DNA of 64,000 nucleotides from an uncultured Christensenella sp. (GTDB lineage Bacteria; Bacillota; Clostridia; Christensenellales; CAG-917). Location of the stretch: positions 178,431 to 242,430 of the forward strand of contig CAJTNO010000003.1 in the NCBI GenBank assembly GCA_910577815.1, given 5' to 3'. Numbering within the stretch: position 1 is the first letter of the stretch; each line of letters opens with the position of its first letter. The notes beneath the pieces were generated by a model that did not search any database, was not told the DNA's origin, and saw nothing but the letters and a program-made list of their open reading frames with translations. The translations under genes and the position numbers were made by a program. Below are positions 49,094-56,731 of this stretch, piece after piece.

Positions 49094-51349
49094 TTATTCT
49101 TTGCCCTCGCCGCTACCGTCCTCTGCTTTTTTTGCGCCGTCCTTAGCAGTATTTGAATGCGGTTGCTCCGTACCGTTTGATATTTCCGCTTTGCTTTTAA
49201 GGTTGGCGGGACGCTTTCTTCCCGTATTTGCAACAAACATAGTGTCGTATGGCAACTGACTGCCGTCGGTAAATCGAATAGAGCCGATACCAACCTTGCT
49301 TTCGTCTACGACGTCTATTTTTTTCGGGCGCTTCGGTTTAGCGGGAGTAATGTCCGCTTTGGGTTTATTCGTAGTTTGCGGATTCTTACGGTTACTCGGT
49401 TTTTTCTCCTCTTTTACCTCTTTGTTATCGCCGACTTCGGCAACATCCTTCTCTGCCGCAAGCTCCTCCGCAACCTCTGATTTTTCAGATAAAGCTTCAG
49501 CTTTATCTTCCGTAGAGCTATTCTCTACGGTTTCAGGCGCATTCAAGTCCTCGCTTGTTTGCGCAATATTTATATCCTGCAACACGTCGTCAGAAATGTT
49601 TTCTCCGGTATTTTCTTCTACTGCGACGCCTTCCTGCTCGGCTGTCTTTGCCGTCTCCAATTCCTCAAGCTTTCTTCTGCGCTCCTCGGCAAGCACGGCT
49701 TCCTTCTTTTCCGCGGCAATCTTTGCGCGCTGATATCCAAACGGGTCAATGCCGAAGCGAAGTTTACTCTTATCCTCCGCCGTCACCGTCTGCTCCAGCT
49801 CCTTACGCAGTTTATTATAGGACTCCGCACGCTTAGCCATATCCTCTTTACGGCGGCGTATACGATAGTTCCTATCCTTCTCGTCAACCTCGTCCTGCTT
49901 GATAGTACGGTATGCATTAAGACAACGGTCGATAGCGTCCTTAACCTTGGAAATATCCTCGGCTGTAAGTCTGTCGTCCTCGGGCTTCTTGTAAAGCTTT
50001 CTTACTTCAAACAGATGCTTATCGAATTTATCGGCGTCATCGTCGATATCGGGCTCCTCCTGGTCGGCTTTAGGCGGCATTTCCTTTATAATCTCCACCT
50101 CTACGCGCTTTTCGACCTCTACCTCCTGCACTATCTCCTTGCCGCGCTTGGACTGCTCCTGCGGAGTAAATTCCGGCTGCTGCTCAGGCTCCTTTTCGGG
50201 TTCCTTTTTCGGCTCAATCTCATCGGGCTGCTCGGTGGGCGCAGGCTCGTCGTTCTCATTCTTATGCGTTTCCTCGAGATTGTCCTTTTCGTCCTCGTTT
50301 TCCAGCTGCTCGTCTAACTTTTGAGCAAACTCGTCGCGGTTGAGCTCGTCCTTTTCAAAGTCCATTTCTCCCACGCGCAGGAAATCGCCGAACTCCTTGT
50401 CCTCCATATCCAAATCGGTCTCGTGCTGGTCGTACATACTTTCAAAAAGCATAGTATTTAAGGTGACCATATTCTTGAGTTCGTCTACGCTTTCGCCGTC
50501 TATGTCATAATCCTCCACCTCGTCGGAGGTAGAAAAACCGCCCGATACGTTATAGGTTTCTATAAACTGCCACAGCGTAAGCGCCTTTTTAAAGTTAGGC
50601 TCCTTCAATATGACGTTTGTACGCATAATGGGCGGTCTCACGGGCGCGGAATTGCGCATAGATTTTGCAAAAGAGGATGATAAAAAGTCGGTTATAATTC
50701 TGTCTATTTTGGCAACGCGCTCGATTTTAGTCAAGGTCTCCGGGTCAAGGCGCATTACCTCGTCAAAGCTGAGCTGAGCAAAATATTCCGTTCGGAAGGT
50801 AACCTTTTTACTTGGCAGACTAAAGCGCGACTCCACGTCCAACGCCAACACGTCCTGCGTTGCGGATGCCTTTTTGATTTTGTCGTAGCGCATAGTGACA
50901 AAATCCTTAAGCTTTAACAGCAAGGTGTATATAAAGCGGTTTTCGTAAATCTCGAATGATTCTTCCTTTGTAATATTAAGTATCTTGCTTGGCGTAACCA
51001 TTCCGTCCTTATCGACCTTGGAAATCATATTGGTATGCTGCGCGAGAAACTTGACCGATTCGGTAGAGATACTTCGTGCAAGCGATACGTCCACGATATC
51101 CTCTTCCTGAACGATAAACTTACGCGGATTACGCACAATCGTATCGAGATTAGGCAAAATTTCTTCTATTGTATCAATCCAATCAATGGAAATGTCCTGT
51201 ATAAGCCTTTTTTTTGCAAGCTTAAAGCTTGACGAGCCTTTATCGACGCGCTTTTTAAACTGCTCGTAAAACTCCTCGTTTTTCAGAACGGATACAATCT
51301 TATGAGCGTATTGCTTATATACGTCTTTTGTGATTTGGTTATCTGCCAT
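49094..51349 (-). CDS. 751-aa hypothetical protein: folded N-terminal ~270 aa in the McrC position with no nuclease motif seen, ~330 aa of Glu/Asp/Lys-rich low complexity, then a basic Lys/Pro tail
   Basis: RBS GGAGAG. No signal peptide or TM helix. ..EESFEIYENRFIYTLLLKLKDF.. recalls the N-terminal helix of McrC-type partners. I could not find a hydrophobic-(D/E)xK nuclease core. The central region reads EQLENEDEKDNLEETHKNENDEPAPTEQPDEIEPKKEPEKEPEQQPE... Confidence 0.8.
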   Translation of the reverse strand: MADNQITKDVYKQYAHKIVSVLKNEEFYEQFKKRVDKGSSSFKLAKKRLIQDISIDWIDTIEEILPNLDTIVRNPRKFIVQEEDIVDVSLARSISTESVKFLAQHTNMISKVDKDGMVTPSKILNITKEESFEIYENRFIYTLLLKLKDFVTMRYDKIKKASATQDVLALDVESRFSLPSKKVTFRTEYFAQLSFDEVMRLDPETLTKIERVAKIDRIITDFLSSSFAKSMRNSAPVRPPIMRTNVILKEPNFKKALTLWQFIETYNVSGGFSTSDEVEDYDIDGESVDELKNMVTLNTMLFESMYDQHETDLDMEDKEFGDFLRVGEMDFEKDELNRDEFAQKLDEQLENEDEKDNLEETHKNENDEPAPTEQPDEIEPKKEPEKEPEQQPEFTPQEQSKRGKEIVQEVEVEKRVEVEIIKEMPPKADQEEPDIDDDADKFDKHLFEVRKLYKKPEDDRLTAEDISKVKDAIDRCLNAYRTIKQDEVDEKDRNYRIRRRKEDMAKRAESYNKLRKELEQTVTAEDKSKLRFGIDPFGYQRAKIAAEKKEAVLAEERRRKLEELETAKTAEQEGVAVEENTGENISDDVLQDINIAQTSEDLNAPETVENSSTEDKAEALSEKSEVAEELAAEKDVAEVGDNKEVKEEKKPSNRKNPQTTNKPKADITPAKPKRPKKIDVVDESKVGIGSIRFTDGSQLPYDTMFVANTGRKRPANLKSKAEISNGTEQPHSNTAKDGAKKAEDGSGEGKE

Positions 51350-51429
51350 AACTCTCCGAAATCACCCGACCTATCAAAGCATAAGCGTATAAGGTCGGAA
51401 TTATATAGCAACGGCATAAGCCGCAAGTA

Positions 51430-52944
51430 TCAGAACAGCTTTTTCAATCTGTTGATATACTCCTTGCTCTCCTGCATATTTTCCTCGCCGAACAGCTCGC
51501 TGAGATACAGCACAAGCCCGTCTATTTCGTCGCGGATATAGGACAGGTTAAGCGACTCGAACTTTCTGAAAATCTTATTGCAAAGCACGTAATCCAGTCC
51601 ATCGAGTTCGTTTCCGCCGCAACCTACGTAAGAAGGAACAAACTCCTTAAGCTGCTTTACGATACGGTTGCCGAACGCCAGTCGGAAATGCTCTATAACA
51701 TAATCGTCCAGCTGATTTATCTTGTCAAGATTGTCCTGCGACACCTTATACAACTCCTGCGACTTTTTAAACTCAGCCTCGAGGTGCTTATAGCTTATAA
51801 ACAGATTGTCCTCCCAAGGCGCCTCGAATGCGATACCCTTGCTGTTTATGTTGATAGGCATAGCACGGTCGTAAACCTTATCCGAGATAGCAAAGGTCGA
51901 GTCGTCGTTGTTTGCGGTGCCTATAAACCACATATTCTGCGGAAGCTGAAATCTGCCCTTTTCAATATGCTTGGGGTCGTTCGGCCAGCCTGACGGAACA
52001 AGGTCGACAATCCACTCGTCGCGCGAGGGCATTTCGAGTATGGACAGCATTTCCGCAAAGTAGTACTCTACACGCGCTATATTCATTTCGTCGAGAACGG
52101 TAAGATAAATCTGGTCGTTCCAGGTAGCCTCGTACATCTTTTTAAGCACCTCGGTTTCATTGAAGCGCTTTGTAAATTCGTTGAAGTAGCCGAACAGCTC
52201 CGTACGGTCTCTCCAGGACGGCTGAACCGACGCAATCGTTGCGGGATTGTTTAAGAAAATTCCCATCGCGTGCGGCAAAGAGGTTTTACCCGTACCTGAT
52301 ATACCCTGCAAAATCAACAGGCGCGACGTCGACAGACTTGCAACAAACAGCCTTATTATTCGCGGCTGATAAAACAGCTTCATACGCGAGCAGGCAAAGT
52401 TACGGAACTTATCGCAAAACTGCGGTAGAGTAATTTCGTCGTCGTAAACGGGCGGAACGTAATTTTCGTAAATCTTATCGATTTCGGTAAGCTTATAAAA
52501 ACGCGATTCTCCGCTTGGGCTTTTCTCCTTGCCTTCCTCGCCCTCGGGCGCTTCCTCACCCTCGTACTTTCCTATGTCGCTGACGCGCATAGAAAGTATG
52601 CGGTCCTTTTCCGCACTCATTTTAATAATCTGCTTTTTAAGGTTGGCGCACTCCTCTACTAAGTCCTGCGGCAATACCTTTGCCTTGCCAAGCTTGGCAA
52701 GCTTGCGAAGTCCAAGCGCGATAAGCACTATTATGGACACTATTACGGCAACGATTAGTATAATGAAAATTATAGCGACAGCCCATTCGCCCGCACCGAA
52801 GTACTGAGTATAATTCTTGAATGCGTCGGAATACCCATCATTATAAAAGATGTGTAAAAAACCCCAGAAAATACTACCTAATCCCTTGTCGTAAAACGCT
52901 CCTAAAAACGCTTTAAGAAACTCAAATACAAGATTGATATTCAT
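51430..52944 (-). CDS. membrane-anchored McrB-like AAA+ (AAA_5-type) NTPase
   Basis: 504 aa. TM helix AVAIIFIILIVAVIVSIIVLIALGL followed by RKLAKLGKAK, a coiled linker, Walker A LQGISGTGKTS, McrB-style Walker B/NxxR region LTVLDEMNIARVEYYFAEMLSILE, then FIGTANNDDSTFAISDKVYDRA. Confidence 0.8.
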   Translation of the reverse strand: MNINLVFEFLKAFLGAFYDKGLGSIFWGFLHIFYNDGYSDAFKNYTQYFGAGEWAVAIIFIILIVAVIVSIIVLIALGLRKLAKLGKAKVLPQDLVEECANLKKQIIKMSAEKDRILSMRVSDIGKYEGEEAPEGEEGKEKSPSGESRFYKLTEIDKIYENYVPPVYDDEITLPQFCDKFRNFACSRMKLFYQPRIIRLFVASLSTSRLLILQGISGTGKTSLPHAMGIFLNNPATIASVQPSWRDRTELFGYFNEFTKRFNETEVLKKMYEATWNDQIYLTVLDEMNIARVEYYFAEMLSILEMPSRDEWIVDLVPSGWPNDPKHIEKGRFQLPQNMWFIGTANNDDSTFAISDKVYDRAMPININSKGIAFEAPWEDNLFISYKHLEAEFKKSQELYKVSQDNLDKINQLDDYVIEHFRLAFGNRIVKQLKEFVPSYVGCGGNELDGLDYVLCNKIFRKFESLNLSYIRDEIDGLVLYLSELFGEENMQESKEYINRLKKLF

Positions 52945-53080
52945 AGTCCTAAAATATTTATTCTAAAACGCTTACGCAAATGCCATCCGTATAGAGAAGT
53001 ATGTAAAGTCTTGTGCAAATGCACTGATTTGCTTGCGCAAGCAACGGATTATTTCTCCGTCATTTTCCCCGCTTACTATA

Positions 53081-54088
53081 TTATTCGGCTTTATCCGCAT
53101 CGATACCATCGCCGATTACGTCGACCTTCTGTTCGGGCGCGGCGCTGCCTTCAGACTCTGCATTTTCAACTTCGGTCGCAATTTCGCCGCTTTCCGAATT
53201 CTCGACGTTCTCCACACTCTCGGAAGTAGAATCTGCAACGTCGGCTTCCGATTTTTGAGATGCCAAAAGCTGCGCGATAAGCGCCTGCTTTTCCTCCTCG
53301 GTCATTGCGTCAACGGAAATAGCCGTCTCTCCCGCAACCTTCTTTTCTTTTTCGAGCTTGGCAATAATGAGCGTGCGCACCAAAATAAACGCGTAAATAA
53401 CAAACAGCAATATAAGCGGCAGCACAATCAAACAGAAAAAGCGGGTTTTGCCGTGTATGGGATGCTGCATAAAGTTTGCAAGACCGCCCACTCCCTTGAG
53501 CATTTTACCGCTTGTAAAATTCAGATTTTCGTCAACATCGCCCCAGGTTGCCACTACATCGCCGACAACCACCTTGCGCAAATCCCAGGAGGATTGGTCA
53601 ACTGCGGACATATCGTCCCCGTCCTTTACGGCGCAATCCTGCCAGTTTCCCTCCTGATTGTCGCCCCTCGTACGTAAAGCGGCAACCGAACCGTCCTTAT
53701 TCCTTTCGATAGCTACTAATCTGTGTGAATTAAACTCGTCGTAGCTGTCGCCGTTTTCGTATGTACGGACAAACTTAAACGTAATGACCTGACCGACCTT
53801 CAAGTCGGAGCCGTCTCCTTCATAGGCTTTGGCAATTATAACGTCGTCTGTGTCGAAAGTGGGCTTCATCGAATCCGACGCGACGTTAAAATAGCAATTA
53901 TCGCCCACACGGGTTATCTTATCGGGATTGGTAGAGCGGATTATAGTAAAAATCGCCACCACTAAAGCAAAAATAATCAAAATTATACAAAGGACGTTAA
54001 CAGTCCAGTTAAGCGCAATCTTGACCTTTTGTTGCGTAGGCGTAAGCTCCTTCTTCTCATTTTGAGAAGACTTTTCAAACAGTTTCAT
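53081..54088 (-). CDS. SipW-type (S26B, Ser/His/Asp) signal peptidase I, paralog 1, with a long acidic C-terminal tail
   Basis: 335 aa with the RBS AAGGAG. N-terminal TM helix, ASDSMKPTFD (Ser), NSHRLV (His), RGDNQ (Asp), a C-terminal TM helix (aa ~216-243), then ~90 aa of Glu/Ser-rich tail. Confidence 0.85.
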   Translation of the reverse strand: MKLFEKSSQNEKKELTPTQQKVKIALNWTVNVLCIILIIFALVVAIFTIIRSTNPDKITRVGDNCYFNVASDSMKPTFDTDDVIIAKAYEGDGSDLKVGQVITFKFVRTYENGDSYDEFNSHRLVAIERNKDGSVAALRTRGDNQEGNWQDCAVKDGDDMSAVDQSSWDLRKVVVGDVVATWGDVDENLNFTSGKMLKGVGGLANFMQHPIHGKTRFFCLIVLPLILLFVIYAFILVRTLIIAKLEKEKKVAGETAISVDAMTEEEKQALIAQLLASQKSEADVADSTSESVENVENSESGEIATEVENAESEGSAAPEQKVDVIGDGIDADKAE

Positions 54089-54273
54089 AAAACTTTCTCC
54101 TTATGCCGTGTTGCGCCCTCTCCCAAGACTTTTTGCCATAACCGATGCGACTCCGCACCGCCGAGATAAAACTCAACCGCTATTGACGTCACCGAGCCAT
54201 ACTTATTGTCCTTAAAAGCATAACGCCCTTCACCCGAATGACTTTGCTGTAGTATAGATTTCTATACGTTAGA

Positions 54274-54302
54274 ATTATAAAAGATTTCGTACACTATGTC
54301 AA
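54274..54302 (-). promoter_or_regulatory. perfect consensus sigma-A promoter TTGACA-17 nt-TATAAT driving the four-gene operon
   Basis: Minus strand reads TTGACAtagtgtacgaaatctttTATAAT. The -35 is at 54297-54302 and the -10 at 54274-54279. The first ATG of the operon is ~185 nt downstream. Confidence 0.75.
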
Positions 54303-54357
54303 TATACAAATATTAAAATTATTTAATAAAATCTATATAAAAATCAAAATTTCAAGT

Positions 54358-54392
54358 GTTTTAAAATGAAAAGCACCCGCCTTCGGGTGCTT
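54358..54392 (-). terminator. intrinsic terminator after the EF-G paralog, insulating it from the downstream operon promoter
   Basis: Minus strand reads AAGCACCCGaaggCGGGTGCTTttcatttt. Confidence 0.8.
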
Positions 54393-54422
54393 TCGTTATT
54401 TAAGCTATAAATAATGTCTGTT

Positions 54423-56471
54423 TTATGCTTCGCGTGATTTTGCGTCGGCAATAATCTTATCGTTATTCATTGCAGGCACTTCCTCATAGCGCACGAGATG
54501 CATTTCAAACTTGCCTCTGCCCTGCGTCATCGAGCGCAAATCGGTTGCGTATCTAAACATTTCCGCCTGCGGAACCTCCGCAGTAATTATCTGCTTGCCG
54601 TTTGCCATATCCGTGCCGAGGATTCTGCCTCTGCGCTTATTCATATCGCCGAGAATATCGCCGAGGTACTCGTCTGGTACGGTGATTTTAGCCTCCATAA
54701 TAGGCTCGAGGAAGCAAGGCGCCGCCGCCGCAATTCCGTCGGCATACGAAAGCTTCGCCGCTGTAACAAACGCAATTTCCTTACTGTCTACGGGATGGTA
54801 TTTCCCGTCATACAGAGTAGCCTTGAGATTTACCATAGGATATCCCGCAAGCACGCCGTGCTTAATAGCCTCTCTAAGTCCCTTTTCAACCGCGGGAATA
54901 AACTGACGGGGAACCGCGCCGCCAACTACCGCGTCGACGAACTCGAATACTCCGTCCTCTGCGCCCGGCTCGTACTTGATGAATACGTCGCCGTACTGTC
55001 CTGCGCCGCCCGACTGCTTCTTATGCTTTCCTTCCGCCTGCGCGGTCTTCTTTATGGTTTCGCGATACGCAACCTTTGGCTCCTGCCAGGAGATGTCTAT
55101 GCCGAGCTTTGCCTTTACGCGCTTGCACATAATATCAAGCTGAGCCTCGCCCAAGCCGCTGATTAGCACGTCGCCGGTTTCCACGTTCTTCTCAACCTTG
55201 AACGTCGCGTCCTCCTCCTGCATTTTGATTAGCCCCTGTATAGCCTTTTCCTCGTCCTTCGCCGCCTTTACAGCGTATGAAATTACGGGACTCGGGAACT
55301 CTATCTTCTCATACACAAGCTTATTTCCGTTAGCCGCAAGCGTATCGTTCGTATTGGTATATACAAGCTTTGCAACCGCGCCGATATCTCCGGCGTTAAG
55401 GCTGTCAACCGTTTCCTGCTTCTTACCCTTGAGGATGTAGAGCGCGCCGACCTTTTCGGGCTTATCCTGCGAATTGTTGTAAACGGAATCGCCGCTTGAA
55501 AGCTTGCCCTGAATAACCTTGAAAATAAGCAGCTTGCCTACGTACGGGTCTACAACCGACTTAATTACCTGCGCGCTGAACGGAGCCGAGCCGTCTACGC
55601 CGATTTCCTTGATATCACCGTCTACGCTCGCTTTGATTTTATGCACGCGGTTGGGAGACGGCATAAGGTCCACTATCTTTTCCATAAGTCTGGCGACGCC
55701 CTTTGAAGTTATCGCGTTGCCCGCCATAAGAGGAATAAATACCTCGCCCGCGATAGCGGCGTGAAGTCCCTTCTGTATTTCTTCGTTTGTGAACTGCTCG
55801 CCGTCAAAGAACTTCATCATAAGCTCCTCGTCGGTTTCGGCAATCATTTCCATAAGCTTGGCGTTATACTCGTCAACGTCGGCTTTCATTGCCGCGGGAG
55901 CGTCTATAGCCTTGCCCGCAAGGTCGTACGCCTTGCCTGTAAGCACGTCTACGGAGCCGACCATAGCGCCGCCTTCCATAATGGGAAGCTCAACGGGAAC
56001 TACGTTGTTATACTTTGCCATTATAGCTCTTGCCGTTCCGTTGAAATCGGAATTATCCTTATCGACCGCGTTTACAAATATAAATGTAGGTATCTTTTTC
56101 TCGCCGCACAAATCGAGTGCCTTCTCGGTGCCGACGGTAACCGAGCCCGTAGCCGAGGTAACCACAATAGCGCTGTCCGCCGCCTGAAGCGCGGATTGCA
56201 TCTCGCCTTCGAAATCAAAAAATCCCGGAACGTCCAAAAGATTTATTTTTACGTCGCGATACACCGCGTAACCGAGCGCAAGAGATATGGAAATTTTACG
56301 CTTTATTTCTTCGTCGTCGTAATCCATAGTTGACGAACCGTCGTCAACCTTGCCAAGACGGGAAATGGTTTTAGCCTCGAACATAATAGCCTCGGCAAGC
56401 GACGTTTTGCCCTCTCCCGAGTGTCCGATAAGTGCGACGTTGCGAATTGAATCGGTATCAAAAGTTTTCAT
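54423..56471 (-). CDS. elongation factor G-family GTPase (EF-G paralog)
   Basis: 682 aa. G1 GHSGEGKTS, DVPGF, NAVD, and EF-G domains II-V by length and motif order. The N-terminus differs from canonical FusA (no AHIDAGKTT). Confidence 0.88.
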   Translation of the reverse strand: MKTFDTDSIRNVALIGHSGEGKTSLAEAIMFEAKTISRLGKVDDGSSTMDYDDEEIKRKISISLALGYAVYRDVKINLLDVPGFFDFEGEMQSALQAADSAIVVTSATGSVTVGTEKALDLCGEKKIPTFIFVNAVDKDNSDFNGTARAIMAKYNNVVPVELPIMEGGAMVGSVDVLTGKAYDLAGKAIDAPAAMKADVDEYNAKLMEMIAETDEELMMKFFDGEQFTNEEIQKGLHAAIAGEVFIPLMAGNAITSKGVARLMEKIVDLMPSPNRVHKIKASVDGDIKEIGVDGSAPFSAQVIKSVVDPYVGKLLIFKVIQGKLSSGDSVYNNSQDKPEKVGALYILKGKKQETVDSLNAGDIGAVAKLVYTNTNDTLAANGNKLVYEKIEFPSPVISYAVKAAKDEEKAIQGLIKMQEEDATFKVEKNVETGDVLISGLGEAQLDIMCKRVKAKLGIDISWQEPKVAYRETIKKTAQAEGKHKKQSGGAGQYGDVFIKYEPGAEDGVFEFVDAVVGGAVPRQFIPAVEKGLREAIKHGVLAGYPMVNLKATLYDGKYHPVDSKEIAFVTAAKLSYADGIAAAAPCFLEPIMEAKITVPDEYLGDILGDMNKRRGRILGTDMANGKQIITAEVPQAEMFRYATDLRSMTQGRGKFEMHLVRYEEVPAMNNDKIIADAKSREA

Positions 56472-56731
56472 AATAGCCCCTTATTGTTCGTCGATACTGA
56501 AATTTTATAATAAACGAAGTCAAATTTCAATACCAAATTTCAAACAAGCCGCATTTTTACAGGCAAGTTCTCTGCAATATTATTAGGACGGTATTAAAAA
56601 AATGAACACGTTTTATAAATAAAACGGAAAATCAAAATCGAAAATTTAAACAAAACACTAAAAATCCAAAAAAAATTACACAAATCGCAAACGCGCTCAT
56701 AGATAAAACCCTCTCTACATATATTTTTGCT

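Noticed and set aside
54089-54265. Tried to assign the operon leader to a known riboswitch class (GEMM-I c-di-GMP, ydaO, cobalamin, T-box).
   Set aside because: There were only fragmentary matches (GGCAAA..GGCGCAAC) without the required helices. It is reported only as an unclassified long leader.
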